A DNA stretch of 64,000 nt from IMG/VR virus record IMGVR_UViG_3300009095_000014, positions 20,581 through 84,580 of that record, one strand, 5' to 3'. The stretch comes from a virus (lineage: Duplodnaviria; Caudoviricetes). The position numbers were made by a program, and so were the translations under genes. The notes under the pieces were generated by a model. The model saw only the letters and a list, made by a program, of their open reading frames with translations. It did no database searches and was not told the origin of the DNA. The number at the start of each line of letters is the position of its first letter. Within the stretch, counting starts at the first letter, position 1. Shown here in pieces: positions 38,120 through 46,792 of this stretch.

Positions 38120-39034
38120 TCACTTCACCAAGGCGGTGGTCACACGATACAGGGCGTCTTCCACGTAACGGTCCATCAGGGTTTGACGGAGAGGGACGTT
38201 ACGCTCGAAGAGTACCTTGAGGACTTCGGCGTAACGCTTGACGTCGTAGTCGAACGTCTTGGCCAGTTCACCGGTCAGACCCAGGGATTCTGCCTTCGGG
38301 ATACTACGATCGAACGCATCGGCGATGATCTCGCGGACCTGGAGTTCTTCCGGGGGCAGTTGCACTTGGTCAGTAAAGGTGAAGGTGTCCAGTTCTTCCA
38401 GTTGGACCTGTTCCTCGACCTTGACCGACGGGGCGAACGATTGGTTCATTTCGGCGCGGTCATCACTGACATCCAGCGTCAACATACCGGTCGGACCACG
38501 CAGCACCAGAATGCCCGTGTGCGGGTCGTAGGTGGCACCCAGACGGATACCGGTGGGAGCGGGAGCGGGAGTGGGGTTCAGGTCCCACGACCGGCAATTG
38601 TGGTTGAGCTTCTCGTAGCTCTCGAAGAGCTTGTCGAAGTCGGGTTCAGGAATGGAGGCATCCACCCCGGCCAGGAACTTCACCGGGTCGGCGAGGTACT
38701 CCATTGCGGCCATGAACTTGGTATCGGGGTTGGCGGATGCCCGCAGGGACAGCTGCTCGTACTGATGTCGGCGATCGTACTTGCTGTAGGCCAGTAGGTC
38801 ACCGACTTTGCGGTACAGGTCCTTGATGGCTTCTTCTTCACCGATCTTCGAGTTGTACTTGGCGGGGTTGACCGCACCCGATTGACCCACGGTGACGTAG
38901 CCGTTGACCAGATGGCCCACGGCCAAGGTAGTCGTGGTCAGTTCAATGAACTGGATGTCGATGGACTTGATGGTATCCTTGATCTGGTCAAGGGTGATGT
39001 CATGTAGGTTGAAATGGGGGAATTGTGCTTTCAT
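38120..39034 (-). CDS. N4 Gp49/Sf6 gene 66-like (Acb4-like) domain fused to a C-terminal region of unknown function
   Basis: 304 aa from ATG 39034 (AGGA RBS); TTTTLAVGHLVNGYVTVGQSGAVNPAKYNSKIGEEEA fits the recalled PF13876 pattern TxCxLxLxNGFxVxGxSACxxPxNFDxEIG. Confidence 0.65.
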   Translation of the reverse strand: MKAQFPHFNLHDITLDQIKDTIKSIDIQFIELTTTTLAVGHLVNGYVTVGQSGAVNPAKYNSKIGEEEAIKDLYRKVGDLLAYSKYDRRHQYEQLSLRASANPDTKFMAAMEYLADPVKFLAGVDASIPEPDFDKLFESYEKLNHNCRSWDLNPTPAPAPTGIRLGATYDPHTGILVLRGPTGMLTLDVSDDRAEMNQSFAPSVKVEEQVQLEELDTFTFTDQVQLPPEELQVREIIADAFDRSIPKAESLGLTGELAKTFDYDVKRYAEVLKVLFERNVPLRQTLMDRYVEDALYRVTTALVK

Positions 39035-39422
39035 GGTAATGCTTCCTGTGTAGGGCTGATGTGATAATCTCATCTGATCCTGACATGGAATTTTCTTTTA
39101 CGGGAAGGTCTGTTATTTTATGTCTTCACCACTTCGGTTTTTGGGAAGGGGGGAGACATTTTGATTGCGAGGAACGAGTAATCAAAATGGCGGGGGATGG
39201 GTAAGATAATAGCTCTATCTTCGGCGGAATCTGGAATGGAACGGTAGTGGAATGTAAGATGACAGAGAAGATAGATTCCTACTGTAGGCGCGAAGCGCCT
39301 ACTTTATGCCGTCTTTTTTACGCATCATTTAATCTCACCTTACTGTAAAAAAATACAACATTAAAGAAATACAAACACAGTGAGTGATATGAATCGAGCT
39401 ATATCGCAAGGGGGTTACAGAC

Positions 39423-39545
39423 GTGGGTGAGTTAGAGCGAGAGAACGATGATGAATGGATCGGAGAGATCATCTGGTCACTGGTAGGGCTACTGGTGCTG
39501 TTTGTAGGGACGGGGATGTTTACGCTCAATGCTTTTCTGAGGTAG
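39423..39545 (+). CDS. Tiny membrane protein 1 (40 aa)
   Basis: GTG start; MGELERENDDEWIGEIIWSLVGLLVLFVGTGMFTLNAFLR. Confidence 0.55.
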   Translation: MGELERENDDEWIGEIIWSLVGLLVLFVGTGMFTLNAFLR

Positions 39546-39548
39546 TAT

Positions 39549-39686
39549 ATGAAGCGATGGTGGAACTCCATGTCCCCTAGCGAACGGTTGGCCACTACGA
39601 CTCTGATCGTGCTGGCTACCGGTGCAATCGTGCAGATCGTCATGGTTTTCTGCATGTTCTACAACCACTTTCAAGGTGCGCAGTAA
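39549..39686 (+). CDS. Tiny membrane protein 2 (45 aa)
   Basis: MKRWWNSMSPSERLATTTLIVLATGAIVQIVMVFCMFYNHFQGAQ; TAATG-coupled to next ORF. Confidence 0.6.
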   Translation: MKRWWNSMSPSERLATTTLIVLATGAIVQIVMVFCMFYNHFQGAQ

Positions 39687-39826
39687 TGAAGACGCTTGTT
39701 TTCCGTACACTGTCGGGGATGTGTTTCATGTTGATGATCGCGGGTGTACTGTGCTCGATCGTACCGCTGATGGTAACGAGTGCGCTGAGCGCTGCACGCG
39801 ACTGGCTGGAGGCTAGGGCGATCTGA
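39686..39826 (+). CDS. Tiny membrane protein 3 (46 aa)
   Basis: MKTLVFRTLSGMCFMLMIAGVLCSIVPLMVTSALSAARDWLEARAI. Confidence 0.6.
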   Translation: MKTLVFRTLSGMCFMLMIAGVLCSIVPLMVTSALSAARDWLEARAI

Positions 39827-39835
39827 TTCTAGATT

Positions 39836-39862
39836 TTTTCAATGATACATCACCCTAGTGTA
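39836..39862 (+). promoter_or_regulatory. Candidate early promoter (variant)
   Basis: TTTTCAATGA-TACATCAC-CCTAGTGTA. Confidence 0.45.
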
Positions 39863-39912
39863 GGGGCGTCTCTCATTTGCCCTTATTTTGATAACCAGTT
39901 GGAGTAATAACC

Positions 39913-40071
39913 ATGCTGATTCTTATCTCGGGTGTGATTGCAGTTCTGGCACTTGGTGCAAAGCTGGTGGTCAGTTCTGGTAACTTTACCGAAACCGTGA
40001 TTAACACGGTAGACGGTATCTTCGGCTTGTCTGTGGCTGTATTCACCTTCATAGGGGCAACCGTATCATGA
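39913..40071 (+). CDS. Tiny two-helix membrane protein 4 (52 aa)
   Basis: GGAG RBS; MLILISGVIAVLALGAKLVVSSGNFTETVINTVDGIFGLSVAVFTFIGATVS; ATGA overlap with next ORF. Confidence 0.7.
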   Translation: MLILISGVIAVLALGAKLVVSSGNFTETVINTVDGIFGLSVAVFTFIGATVS

Positions 40072-40166
40072 AAGATCTATTGAAACCTCTGATCGCGTTG
40101 GTGGGCATCCCTTGGGTTATCATCATCGCGATCATCGTCCTAGCCGTTGGCTTCGCCAGCATCTAA
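40068..40166 (+). CDS. Tiny membrane protein 5 (32 aa)
   Basis: MKDLLKPLIALVGIPWVIIIAIIVLAVGFASI; followed by hairpin GGGAGGGTCA-TT-TGACCCTCCC. Confidence 0.65.
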   Translation: MKDLLKPLIALVGIPWVIIIAIIVLAVGFASI

Positions 40167-40234
40167 CCGGTATAAAACGGGAGGGTCATTTGACCCTCCC
40201 TTTATGCAGTAAATTCAAAATAGGAGCAATAACC

Positions 40235-40969
40235 GTGAGTAAACAAAAGCCGAGCAACGTCAAGCTGTTGGAACCAGTACGGCACGGCATGAATGACATA
40301 CCTAACAATGCAGTTTGCGCACTCCACAATTGGAAGCGCTACGCTGTCAATTGGGGTAACTTGGTCTACGATGCCATTTTGCCGGACGACATCGATGATG
40401 TAACCATCCCTATCAATGCCGTGAAACTGGTGGTCAAGTCATACGACAACAAAGACACCTGCCTGACAACGCATTACGTGTCATCGAACTTACCCGAAAT
40501 CGCATGGTCTCGGGTGTTTACACAACTGGCCGATTCCTTGGCATACTACGGCATCGTCCCATTGGAAGCAGTGCGCATCGTCGCTGAATTCAATGTAGAA
40601 CACGCCAGCGGTTCGCTCAGCCTTTGGTTGCAGCCGAATATCAACGCTTTCAGAGTTGAAGTGGATGGCGGCACGGTGGAGGTACAAGACCGTTCCGTTA
40701 CACCTACCCCTGTCGAAGCTAACCAATTGGTGCTGCTCCAGTGTCAATCGGTCACGGGTGTTATTAAAACCTTGTGGCTGTCGCCGAGGGTGAAAGATAC
40801 CCGCCCCGGTCCCATTACCACCACGTTACTGAACGTCATGCGTCAGATCGAAGGTCACGAGTGGCTCAAGAACAGTCATAAACTGGTGGCCTTCTACTCG
40901 CCCCTTGAAAACGTGAATCTGACAATCCAGTATGTTTGTAAAGGGATAGGTAACATTAGAAAAGTCTAG
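40235..40969 (+). CDS. Hypothetical protein (244 aa), lower GC
   Basis: GTG start with AGGAG RBS. Confidence 0.75.
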   Translation: MSKQKPSNVKLLEPVRHGMNDIPNNAVCALHNWKRYAVNWGNLVYDAILPDDIDDVTIPINAVKLVVKSYDNKDTCLTTHYVSSNLPEIAWSRVFTQLADSLAYYGIVPLEAVRIVAEFNVEHASGSLSLWLQPNINAFRVEVDGGTVEVQDRSVTPTPVEANQLVLLQCQSVTGVIKTLWLSPRVKDTRPGPITTTLLNVMRQIEGHEWLKNSHKLVAFYSPLENVNLTIQYVCKGIGNIRKV

Positions 40970-41071
40970 GTATTACCCATCCCAGTTCCGGGAGAGTATC
41001 CGTACGAGTGAAGTGCATACAGGGGAGGCTTCGGTCTCCCCACGTATGTTTCTTTTTTTTGATTCTAAACT

Positions 41072-41098
41072 ATTTCAAACCTACATTGTTCTGGTGTC
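41072..41098 (+). promoter_or_regulatory. Candidate early promoter
   Basis: ATTTCAAACC-TACATTGT-TCTGGTGTC, downstream of a terminator hairpin. Confidence 0.65.
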
Positions 41099-41161
41099 AA
41101 GGAGTAGTCCTCGACAATAACCCGTGGCACTGTCGCCACTCACGTCCTAGGAGGACACGCT

Positions 41162-41818
41162 ATGAACAGTTACACTCAACAGATCGAAGCCGCCGCTGCG
41201 TACATCGCCCGCCGGGGCTCGTTGGATACGCTGGAAATGCGTATCATGCGGGAGCTGGATAATCGGTCCAGAAATGTCTTAACCAGCTTCATGGGTGAAG
41301 ACGCCAACGAAGTCATCGCCGCCGCTAACCGCGGTGACTTCCTGGCAATCCTCTGGATGACGACCTACGGGTCAGATCCTGCCCGCGTGCAGGAGGGCAT
41401 CTACCTGAAAACGGATTCGATAGCCAAGTACGTGCAGCTGGTCATCGAATCCGACGGGTCCAGTCAAGGCGAGTTGTATAAACTCGCCAAGGCCCTGAAC
41501 AAGGACGAGGAGGAGGACGGCTTCCTGCGCTTCTATGCGGAAGCACGCCGCCGTGTCGAGGATCTCCTCATCCGCGACACCAACGCGGAACTCAACCACA
41601 TCCGCGAAGGGGAAGAAGGGGAGCGCGCCCTTCTGAACTGGCTGAGGGACCTGTCCGAGGACCAGATCTTTGATCTGAAGACCACTGCAGGGCTCACGGT
41701 AGGGCCGTTCCAGTACTACTGGAACTCCGTCGATTGCCCCGACCGGTGGTCCTTCTTCCTCGAAAGGGGAGGCAGGCTGTTGGAATGGGAGATCCATGGA
41801 TCTTTCATCCGACAGTGA
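41162..41818 (+). CDS. Hypothetical early protein (218 aa)
   Basis: AGGAGG RBS within a leader shared with 35358. Confidence 0.85.
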   Translation: MNSYTQQIEAAAAYIARRGSLDTLEMRIMRELDNRSRNVLTSFMGEDANEVIAAANRGDFLAILWMTTYGSDPARVQEGIYLKTDSIAKYVQLVIESDGSSQGELYKLAKALNKDEEEDGFLRFYAEARRRVEDLLIRDTNAELNHIREGEEGERALLNWLRDLSEDQIFDLKTTAGLTVGPFQYYWNSVDCPDRWSFFLERGGRLLEWEIHGSFIRQ

Positions 41819-41826
41819 TGGATCGG

Positions 41827-41868
41827 CAGGTAGGGGATATCCCCTACCTGTCTTTCTTTTTTTCTTTT
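41827..41868 (+). terminator. Intrinsic terminator
   Basis: CAGGTAGGGGAT|ATCCCCTACCTG followed by a long T tract. Confidence 0.8.
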
Positions 41869-41909
41869 GTAAGCGGCATAAAGAGGAGCCCGAAGGCTCC
41901 TCGATGTAC

Positions 41910-42221
41910 TTACAGGTCGAAGTAGTACTTGCCCGTGAAGCCTTCTTCCTCGACGGTGATCTTGGCTTCCTTGGCCGTCTTCGGCACCAGACCTTCGGCG
42001 CGCAGGACCTCCAGCACCTTACGGTAGCGAGTGGATTCACGCACGATGTACGGTGACTTACCCGTAAAGTAGAACGCAACGACGGCTTTCATTTCCTTGC
42101 CGGACTTGCCGACGAAGGTCACGGTGTGCAGAGGTTTGTTTTCCGGAATCAGGTCAGACGGATGGTCTACATCGACGACGTTGATGATGGCGTTGTTAGT
42201 GCCCAGCGGAAACGATTTCAT
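41910..42221 (-). CDS. Hypothetical protein (103 aa)
   Basis: GAGG RBS; co-oriented with the upstream minus-strand gene. Confidence 0.75.
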   Translation of the reverse strand: MKSFPLGTNNAIINVVDVDHPSDLIPENKPLHTVTFVGKSGKEMKAVVAFYFTGKSPYIVRESTRYRKVLEVLRAEGLVPKTAKEAKITVEEEGFTGKYYFDL

Positions 42222-42240
42222 GCTACTTCCTCTTATGCAA

Positions 42241-43068
42241 TCAATGACGACCGCCGATGATCACGTTCTGAATTCGGCGGTACTTGGTGGTATCCATCAT
42301 GACAGAAGACACACGCCAGTGCTCGCGCATGTGGTCTTTGTACATCTGATTGGCGTCGGCGTATGAATCTACGATTTCCCGGAAGCGACCGATGTTCACG
42401 CCGGCTCGTAGTTGACCTTCGTCGAGGGCGATGATCAGCTTGTTGTAAATATGGGCCTTGGTAGCCAAGACCACCAGTTCGCTGAACACGTCGTAATAGG
42501 CCGGAGGGACGTTGGCGAAGTTCGGCTCGTGACTGATCATACAGCGCAGGTACACTTCGTTGCCCATGGCTTGTGCATCACTGACCATTACGGTGTTATC
42601 ACCGATAAGGGTCACGTACGCCGAACTGATCGCCGGAATCGGAGCACTGGCTTGGAAAATCCCATTGGCTACATCCAGTAGCGGCGACGCGCCATAGGTG
42701 GGCAAGTAGGTGGTCCCGTAGACATTACCCCGGTTGAAGCTGACCGAGTACACTGCCGTGATCGATCGCCCACCCGTGAGTTCCTTAGGGATTCGGTAGA
42801 TGAAGTTATACGGGTCGATACGTTCCTGCACCAGCCCGACCAAGGGAATGACCGTCTCGATACCCGAGCACAGGTTGACATCAATGGACACCCGCGCATC
42901 GACCACTTCCTTGCGGATGATCGAATCCACGGATACCCCCAGTTGGTTATCGAGGCTGTACTCTCGACGACTGGGATTATAACGACGCGGCATGAAGGCT
43001 TCTTGTAGAACCTCCGCCGGGATTTCAAACTTCACCCGCTGGATGCAGATGGGGATAAGGTTCATCAC
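42241..43068 (-). CDS. Conserved phiKZ-like protein, possibly virion-associated
   Basis: 275 aa; RVKFEIPxEVL and LATKAHIYN motifs recalled from the family; divergent from phuZ. Confidence 0.65.
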   Translation of the reverse strand: MMNLIPICIQRVKFEIPAEVLQEAFMPRRYNPSRREYSLDNQLGVSVDSIIRKEVVDARVSIDVNLCSGIETVIPLVGLVQERIDPYNFIYRIPKELTGGRSITAVYSVSFNRGNVYGTTYLPTYGASPLLDVANGIFQASAPIPAISSAYVTLIGDNTVMVSDAQAMGNEVYLRCMISHEPNFANVPPAYYDVFSELVVLATKAHIYNKLIIALDEGQLRAGVNIGRFREIVDSYADANQMYKDHMREHWRVSSVMMDTTKYRRIQNVIIGGRH

Positions 43069-43140
43069 AGGTCTCCTTTTAGGGGTGTGGCCTTACATGA
43101 TTTTAGCAATATGAATGTTGATCCTAAAAAATAACAGTTC

Positions 43141-43148
43141 TATATTAC
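43141..43148 (+). promoter_or_regulatory. Early promoter core upstream of phuZ
   Basis: TATATTAC, the reported phiKZ early consensus, in an AT-rich context. Confidence 0.55.
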
Positions 43149-43244
43149 GTATTTGCTCTCACAGCCTGAAGTCTCTTTAAGACATCAGTAAATCTTAACT
43201 AGCTCTGCAATGACTATGCAGAGATCCAACCCTGGAGTATAACC

Positions 43245-44243
43245 ATGTCGTCCAATGATCTGATCGTTTCCTACAATGGCCCCGTGGGCACCATGCGTCT
43301 GTATGGCTGCGGCGGCGGTGGTGTGAACATCGCCAAGAACTACGTCAACGCCAAGAAGCCCCGTCCGGGCATCGCCGAGATCTTCACCAGCTTCATCGAC
43401 ACCAGTCGCAGCAACACCGTCGATGTGCCGAATCAGGATGACGTGTTCGTCCTGCCCGACCTCGACGGCTCTGGTAAGATCCGCGCCGAGAACCACGAGG
43501 CCATCGCTATGATGGTTCCGAAGATCCTCAAGGACCACGCTCCCTGTGATCTGAACGTGGTAATCTTCACCGGTGCCGGTGGCACCGGTTCCGTGGCCGG
43601 TCCGCTGATCATGGCGGAACTGCTGCGCCGTGGTCAGAACGCTGTAGCCGTGGTTATCGGTTCGCAAGAATCGGCGATCACCTCGGACAATACCTTCAAG
43701 ACCCTCAAGTCCCTCGACCACATCAGCCGTGTCGGCGAGCATCCGGTAGTCATGTACTACCTGAACAACGACCGGGACGTGAAGCGCTCCGATGTGGACA
43801 AGGAAGCGACCTTCGTGATCTCTTCCCTCGCCGTGCTGGGCTCTCGCCAGAACCGTGAGATGGACTCCAAGGACCTCTCCCACTGGATCAACTTCAGCAA
43901 GTCGACTTCCGTGAGCAGCCAACTGGCCATGCTCAAGGTGTTCGATTCCGCCGATCAGGTGGACGCCGAAGCCCCGGAATGCTTCAGCATGGCCAGCCTG
44001 CTGGTCAATGAAGATGAAACCCAACCGAAGACCATGCCCCAGTACAGCTCCGCTGGCTACTACCGACCCGGTACCGATATCGAGAACAATCTGTTCTTCT
44101 GTATCGAAACCGATTCGCTGAAGCCGATCATGGCGAAGCTGGGCAAGATCTCCGAGCAGGTCGAGGAAAGCAAGAACGCCCGTGTGGAAGGGCCGTCGAT
44201 CGTGTCCAGCAAGGACAAGGTCACCGGCATGCTGGTTCTGTAA
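43245..44243 (+). CDS. phuZ: Phage tubulin PhuZ
   Basis: GCGGGGVNI, IDTS, GSGK and GAGGTGSVAGP tubulin/FtsZ GTPase motifs; 332 aa. Confidence 0.95.
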   Translation: MSSNDLIVSYNGPVGTMRLYGCGGGGVNIAKNYVNAKKPRPGIAEIFTSFIDTSRSNTVDVPNQDDVFVLPDLDGSGKIRAENHEAIAMMVPKILKDHAPCDLNVVIFTGAGGTGSVAGPLIMAELLRRGQNAVAVVIGSQESAITSDNTFKTLKSLDHISRVGEHPVVMYYLNNDRDVKRSDVDKEATFVISSLAVLGSRQNREMDSKDLSHWINFSKSTSVSSQLAMLKVFDSADQVDAEAPECFSMASLLVNEDETQPKTMPQYSSAGYYRPGTDIENNLFFCIETDSLKPIMAKLGKISEQVEESKNARVEGPSIVSSKDKVTGMLVL

Positions 44244-44313
44244 GTGACCAAAGACTGGGGGACTTCGGTCCCCCAGTCTTATGCCCTTCCTTTTTGTTTG
44301 TAAGGTGTGAACT

Positions 44314-44814
44314 ATGGCCGCTGCCAAAAGTCTTTTCGATAACTTCATCCTCGCCGCCTTTCGCCTCTGGCTTCCGGTCCAACACTTCTACCGCTACACG
44401 TGGAAGATCTGGCTGTTGGCTATCCGCTACAAGGGCAAGAAGAACATTCCCGCTGAAAAGATGGAGGAAGTCTTCAGTAACTTGGATTTCACTGGGTTCA
44501 TTCGCACCAGCGACGTAGTGATGACTATTCGCGGTGCAGCCATTCTCTGCAATCGCAACGAACTGGACCTCAAACTGTACCTGATTGCAGCGGGTTACAT
44601 AAACCACACTTGCACGTTCGAGGAGATGGCGATCTTCCATGCGCTGCGTGAAGCGGAAAACCCGCGACAAGCTACGCTGGATGCCATGCTCGAAAATGGA
44701 GACCTGACCCAGTCCATGATTAACTTCTACTTCACCGGTGAGCGAGGCGAAAAGTTCAAGACGTTCGTCGCCACCGGCAATCCCCTTGAAATCAAGGAAA
44801 TTCTCGACAAATGA
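44314..44814 (+). CDS. Hypothetical protein (166 aa)
   Basis: ORF downstream of phuZ; ATGA-coupled to next ORF. Confidence 0.8.
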   Translation: MAAAKSLFDNFILAAFRLWLPVQHFYRYTWKIWLLAIRYKGKKNIPAEKMEEVFSNLDFTGFIRTSDVVMTIRGAAILCNRNELDLKLYLIAAGYINHTCTFEEMAIFHALREAENPRQATLDAMLENGDLTQSMINFYFTGERGEKFKTFVATGNPLEIKEILDK

Positions 44815-45017
44815 CTGACTCCTTTGTATGCGACCAGTGTGGTTGCGTCGACAACATCTTTGCCACCCAGCAACGTACCGCCGGCCGTTATCTGTGCAGC
44901 GAATGCCAAGACGGTCACTGGCACGGGAATTTCCCCAAGGAAGCGTACGATCCGGAGGTGGATGGTCCCATGCTGAACCGCGCCTTCTTCGGTGACGGTA
45001 CCAGTACCTCGTTCTAA
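44811..45017 (+). CDS. Small zinc-finger protein
   Basis: CDQC...CSEC plus HWH. Confidence 0.75.
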   Translation: MTDSFVCDQCGCVDNIFATQQRTAGRYLCSECQDGHWHGNFPKEAYDPEVDGPMLNRAFFGDGTSTSF

Positions 45018-45022
45018 CCGGA

Positions 45023-45054
45023 CATACAGAGGGAGCAGCTGCTCCCTCTGTATG
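45023..45054. repeat. Perfect 32-bp palindrome
   Basis: CATACAGAGGGAGCAG|CTGCTCCCTCTGTATG. Confidence 0.9.
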
Positions 45055-45184
45055 CTCTTTTATTTTGTCCCCGTAGGTAGCCACTGGGTATCGCCGATCT
45101 CTTCACCTAGGCCCGTTTCCGTGGCGTACAGACGGTACTTTAAAACACAACCTAGGAATACTATATGGAGCAAAGGCTAACGGT

Positions 45185-45211
45185 TTTTTAATCGTACATT
45201 ATCTACCTGAA
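45185..45211 (+). promoter_or_regulatory. Candidate early/middle promoter
   Basis: TTTTTAATCG-TACATTAT-CTACCTGAA. Confidence 0.5.
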
Positions 45212-45233
45212 TTGAAACTTGGGATGCAGTACA

Positions 45234-45587
45234 ATGCAAACTTACCTGATCAGTGTCTCTGAGGTGTTGGACAATCTGGAGTCGGCCACTGCATTGGCTC
45301 GCTTCCGACTTGCAAACGGACTTGAGAAATGGCTGGACTATCGCCTCGCTCAGGACGAGGGCGTCGTCATTGGTTCCATCACCCCGATGCACATGTTCTA
45401 CATTGGGGTCGGTTACAGTATCGCCAGCATCCCAGACGATCGCTCGGAGCACTTCGTGGTCAACGGTTACCTCGAAGAATTCTACCGTGATATCAAAGTG
45501 AACTTCTTGCAGGACCATCGTCTTCTTGAGCTGATCTACCGAAAAGAAAACCTCGGTTTCAAAGTTCGCCCCCGCAGTACTATCTAA
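45234..45587 (+). CDS. Acidic hypothetical protein, array member 1
   Basis: 117 aa from MQTYLISV. Confidence 0.75.
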   Translation: MQTYLISVSEVLDNLESATALARFRLANGLEKWLDYRLAQDEGVVIGSITPMHMFYIGVGYSIASIPDDRSEHFVVNGYLEEFYRDIKVNFLQDHRLLELIYRKENLGFKVRPRSTI

Positions 45588-45590
45588 GAG

Positions 45591-46076
45591 GTGTTTCGAA
45601 TGCAAGCCCAGTCCATCCTGTTGGAATTCCCGTACGAAGATATCGACCTCTACGTCGACCGGGTCCTGAAACTTACCCAGCAAACCAACCAAGCGCCACT
45701 CCCGGTAGATCTACCGTGGGACCCGGAAGTGTCTACTGAAGAAACCTACCCGGTCGATAAACCCTTTGCGGTCGAATGGCTGAATGAAGTCACCCGTGGC
45801 ACCTTCACCCACTTGGTCACCGGCTCCCATGCCCCCCTCAAGGAACTGGTCCAGCGCTACCAGATCTACCTCGACAGCCAGGACATGACCGAACAGCAGT
45901 GGATCGAAGCCTTGGAAGACTTCATCGATTGCATGCGGGAAATTGTCGACATGGTGAAACAGCACTATAGCGAGATGACCGCCACCATGATTAAAAAGTA
46001 TGGCAAGCAGATATCAGTTAAAGAGTGCCGTGTCGACCCGGTTCGGGAAACACTGCTTTTGAAAGTAAATCTGTAG
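45591..46076 (+). CDS. Acidic hypothetical protein, array member 2
   Basis: 161 aa; GAGG RBS. Confidence 0.8.
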   Translation: MFRMQAQSILLEFPYEDIDLYVDRVLKLTQQTNQAPLPVDLPWDPEVSTEETYPVDKPFAVEWLNEVTRGTFTHLVTGSHAPLKELVQRYQIYLDSQDMTEQQWIEALEDFIDCMREIVDMVKQHYSEMTATMIKKYGKQISVKECRVDPVRETLLLKVNL

Positions 46077-46088
46077 TAAGGGCTGACC

Positions 46089-46424
46089 ATGGTTTCCGTT
46101 ACCTATACCTTCGATGTCTCCGAGATGATGGAGCATGTTAACCAAACCCTGAGTGCTGAACTGGGCACGGCATGGGGTTACGTAACGGAAACCGTCGCCG
46201 GTCTGATGTTGGACAGTCAACTGATCATGCACCCGATGGAAGCGGAGCGCAAGATCGAAGAAGTGTTGCTGCGCCAGCAGTTCCGTCACTACGACGCGAT
46301 CATCACGGCGCGGCAACTGGTGGCGTATGCCAAGCAACTGTTCAACGGTCAGCAGTTCAAGTCGATTGGTGCCTACCACTTTAATAAGCAAAACGGAACC
46401 TTGTTCCTGACTGCATTTATCTAG
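46089..46424 (+). CDS. Hypothetical protein, array member 3
   Basis: 111 aa; tight spacing. Confidence 0.8.
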   Translation: MVSVTYTFDVSEMMEHVNQTLSAELGTAWGYVTETVAGLMLDSQLIMHPMEAERKIEEVLLRQQFRHYDAIITARQLVAYAKQLFNGQQFKSIGAYHFNKQNGTLFLTAFI

Positions 46425-46432
46425 GAGGGCGA

Positions 46433-46792
46433 ATGCACATTGTATTCCCGTGGCGTGATGAAGACTCCAAGGTCTATCACCGACTCAAGGAAGAGTGTCG
46501 GGTACTGGGGGCGTATTACCCGGCCACCCCGCAATTTCTGATGACCCGTGCATTGCAAGGGTTGCTCAAGCGCGAGAGTTTGACCAAGTGTGCGTTTCAT
46601 ACGTACGATGCGATGCTCCCCGACCTGCATCCGCGTCACGACCCGGAACTGATCATGATCTTCCTGTACGAGTTGATGGGTGTGCTCTACAAAGAACTGG
46701 GTATCGCGATCCGAACCTTATCCCGCCGGAAAGCGGATAAGATCCGGGTCAAGTGGGTCAGAGAAGATGCGTACTTGGTGTCCGTGCCATGA
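46433..46792 (+). CDS. Hypothetical protein, array member 4
   Basis: 119 aa; GGAGG RBS. Confidence 0.8.
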   Translation: MHIVFPWRDEDSKVYHRLKEECRVLGAYYPATPQFLMTRALQGLLKRESLTKCAFHTYDAMLPDLHPRHDPELIMIFLYELMGVLYKELGIAIRTLSRRKADKIRVKWVREDAYLVSVP

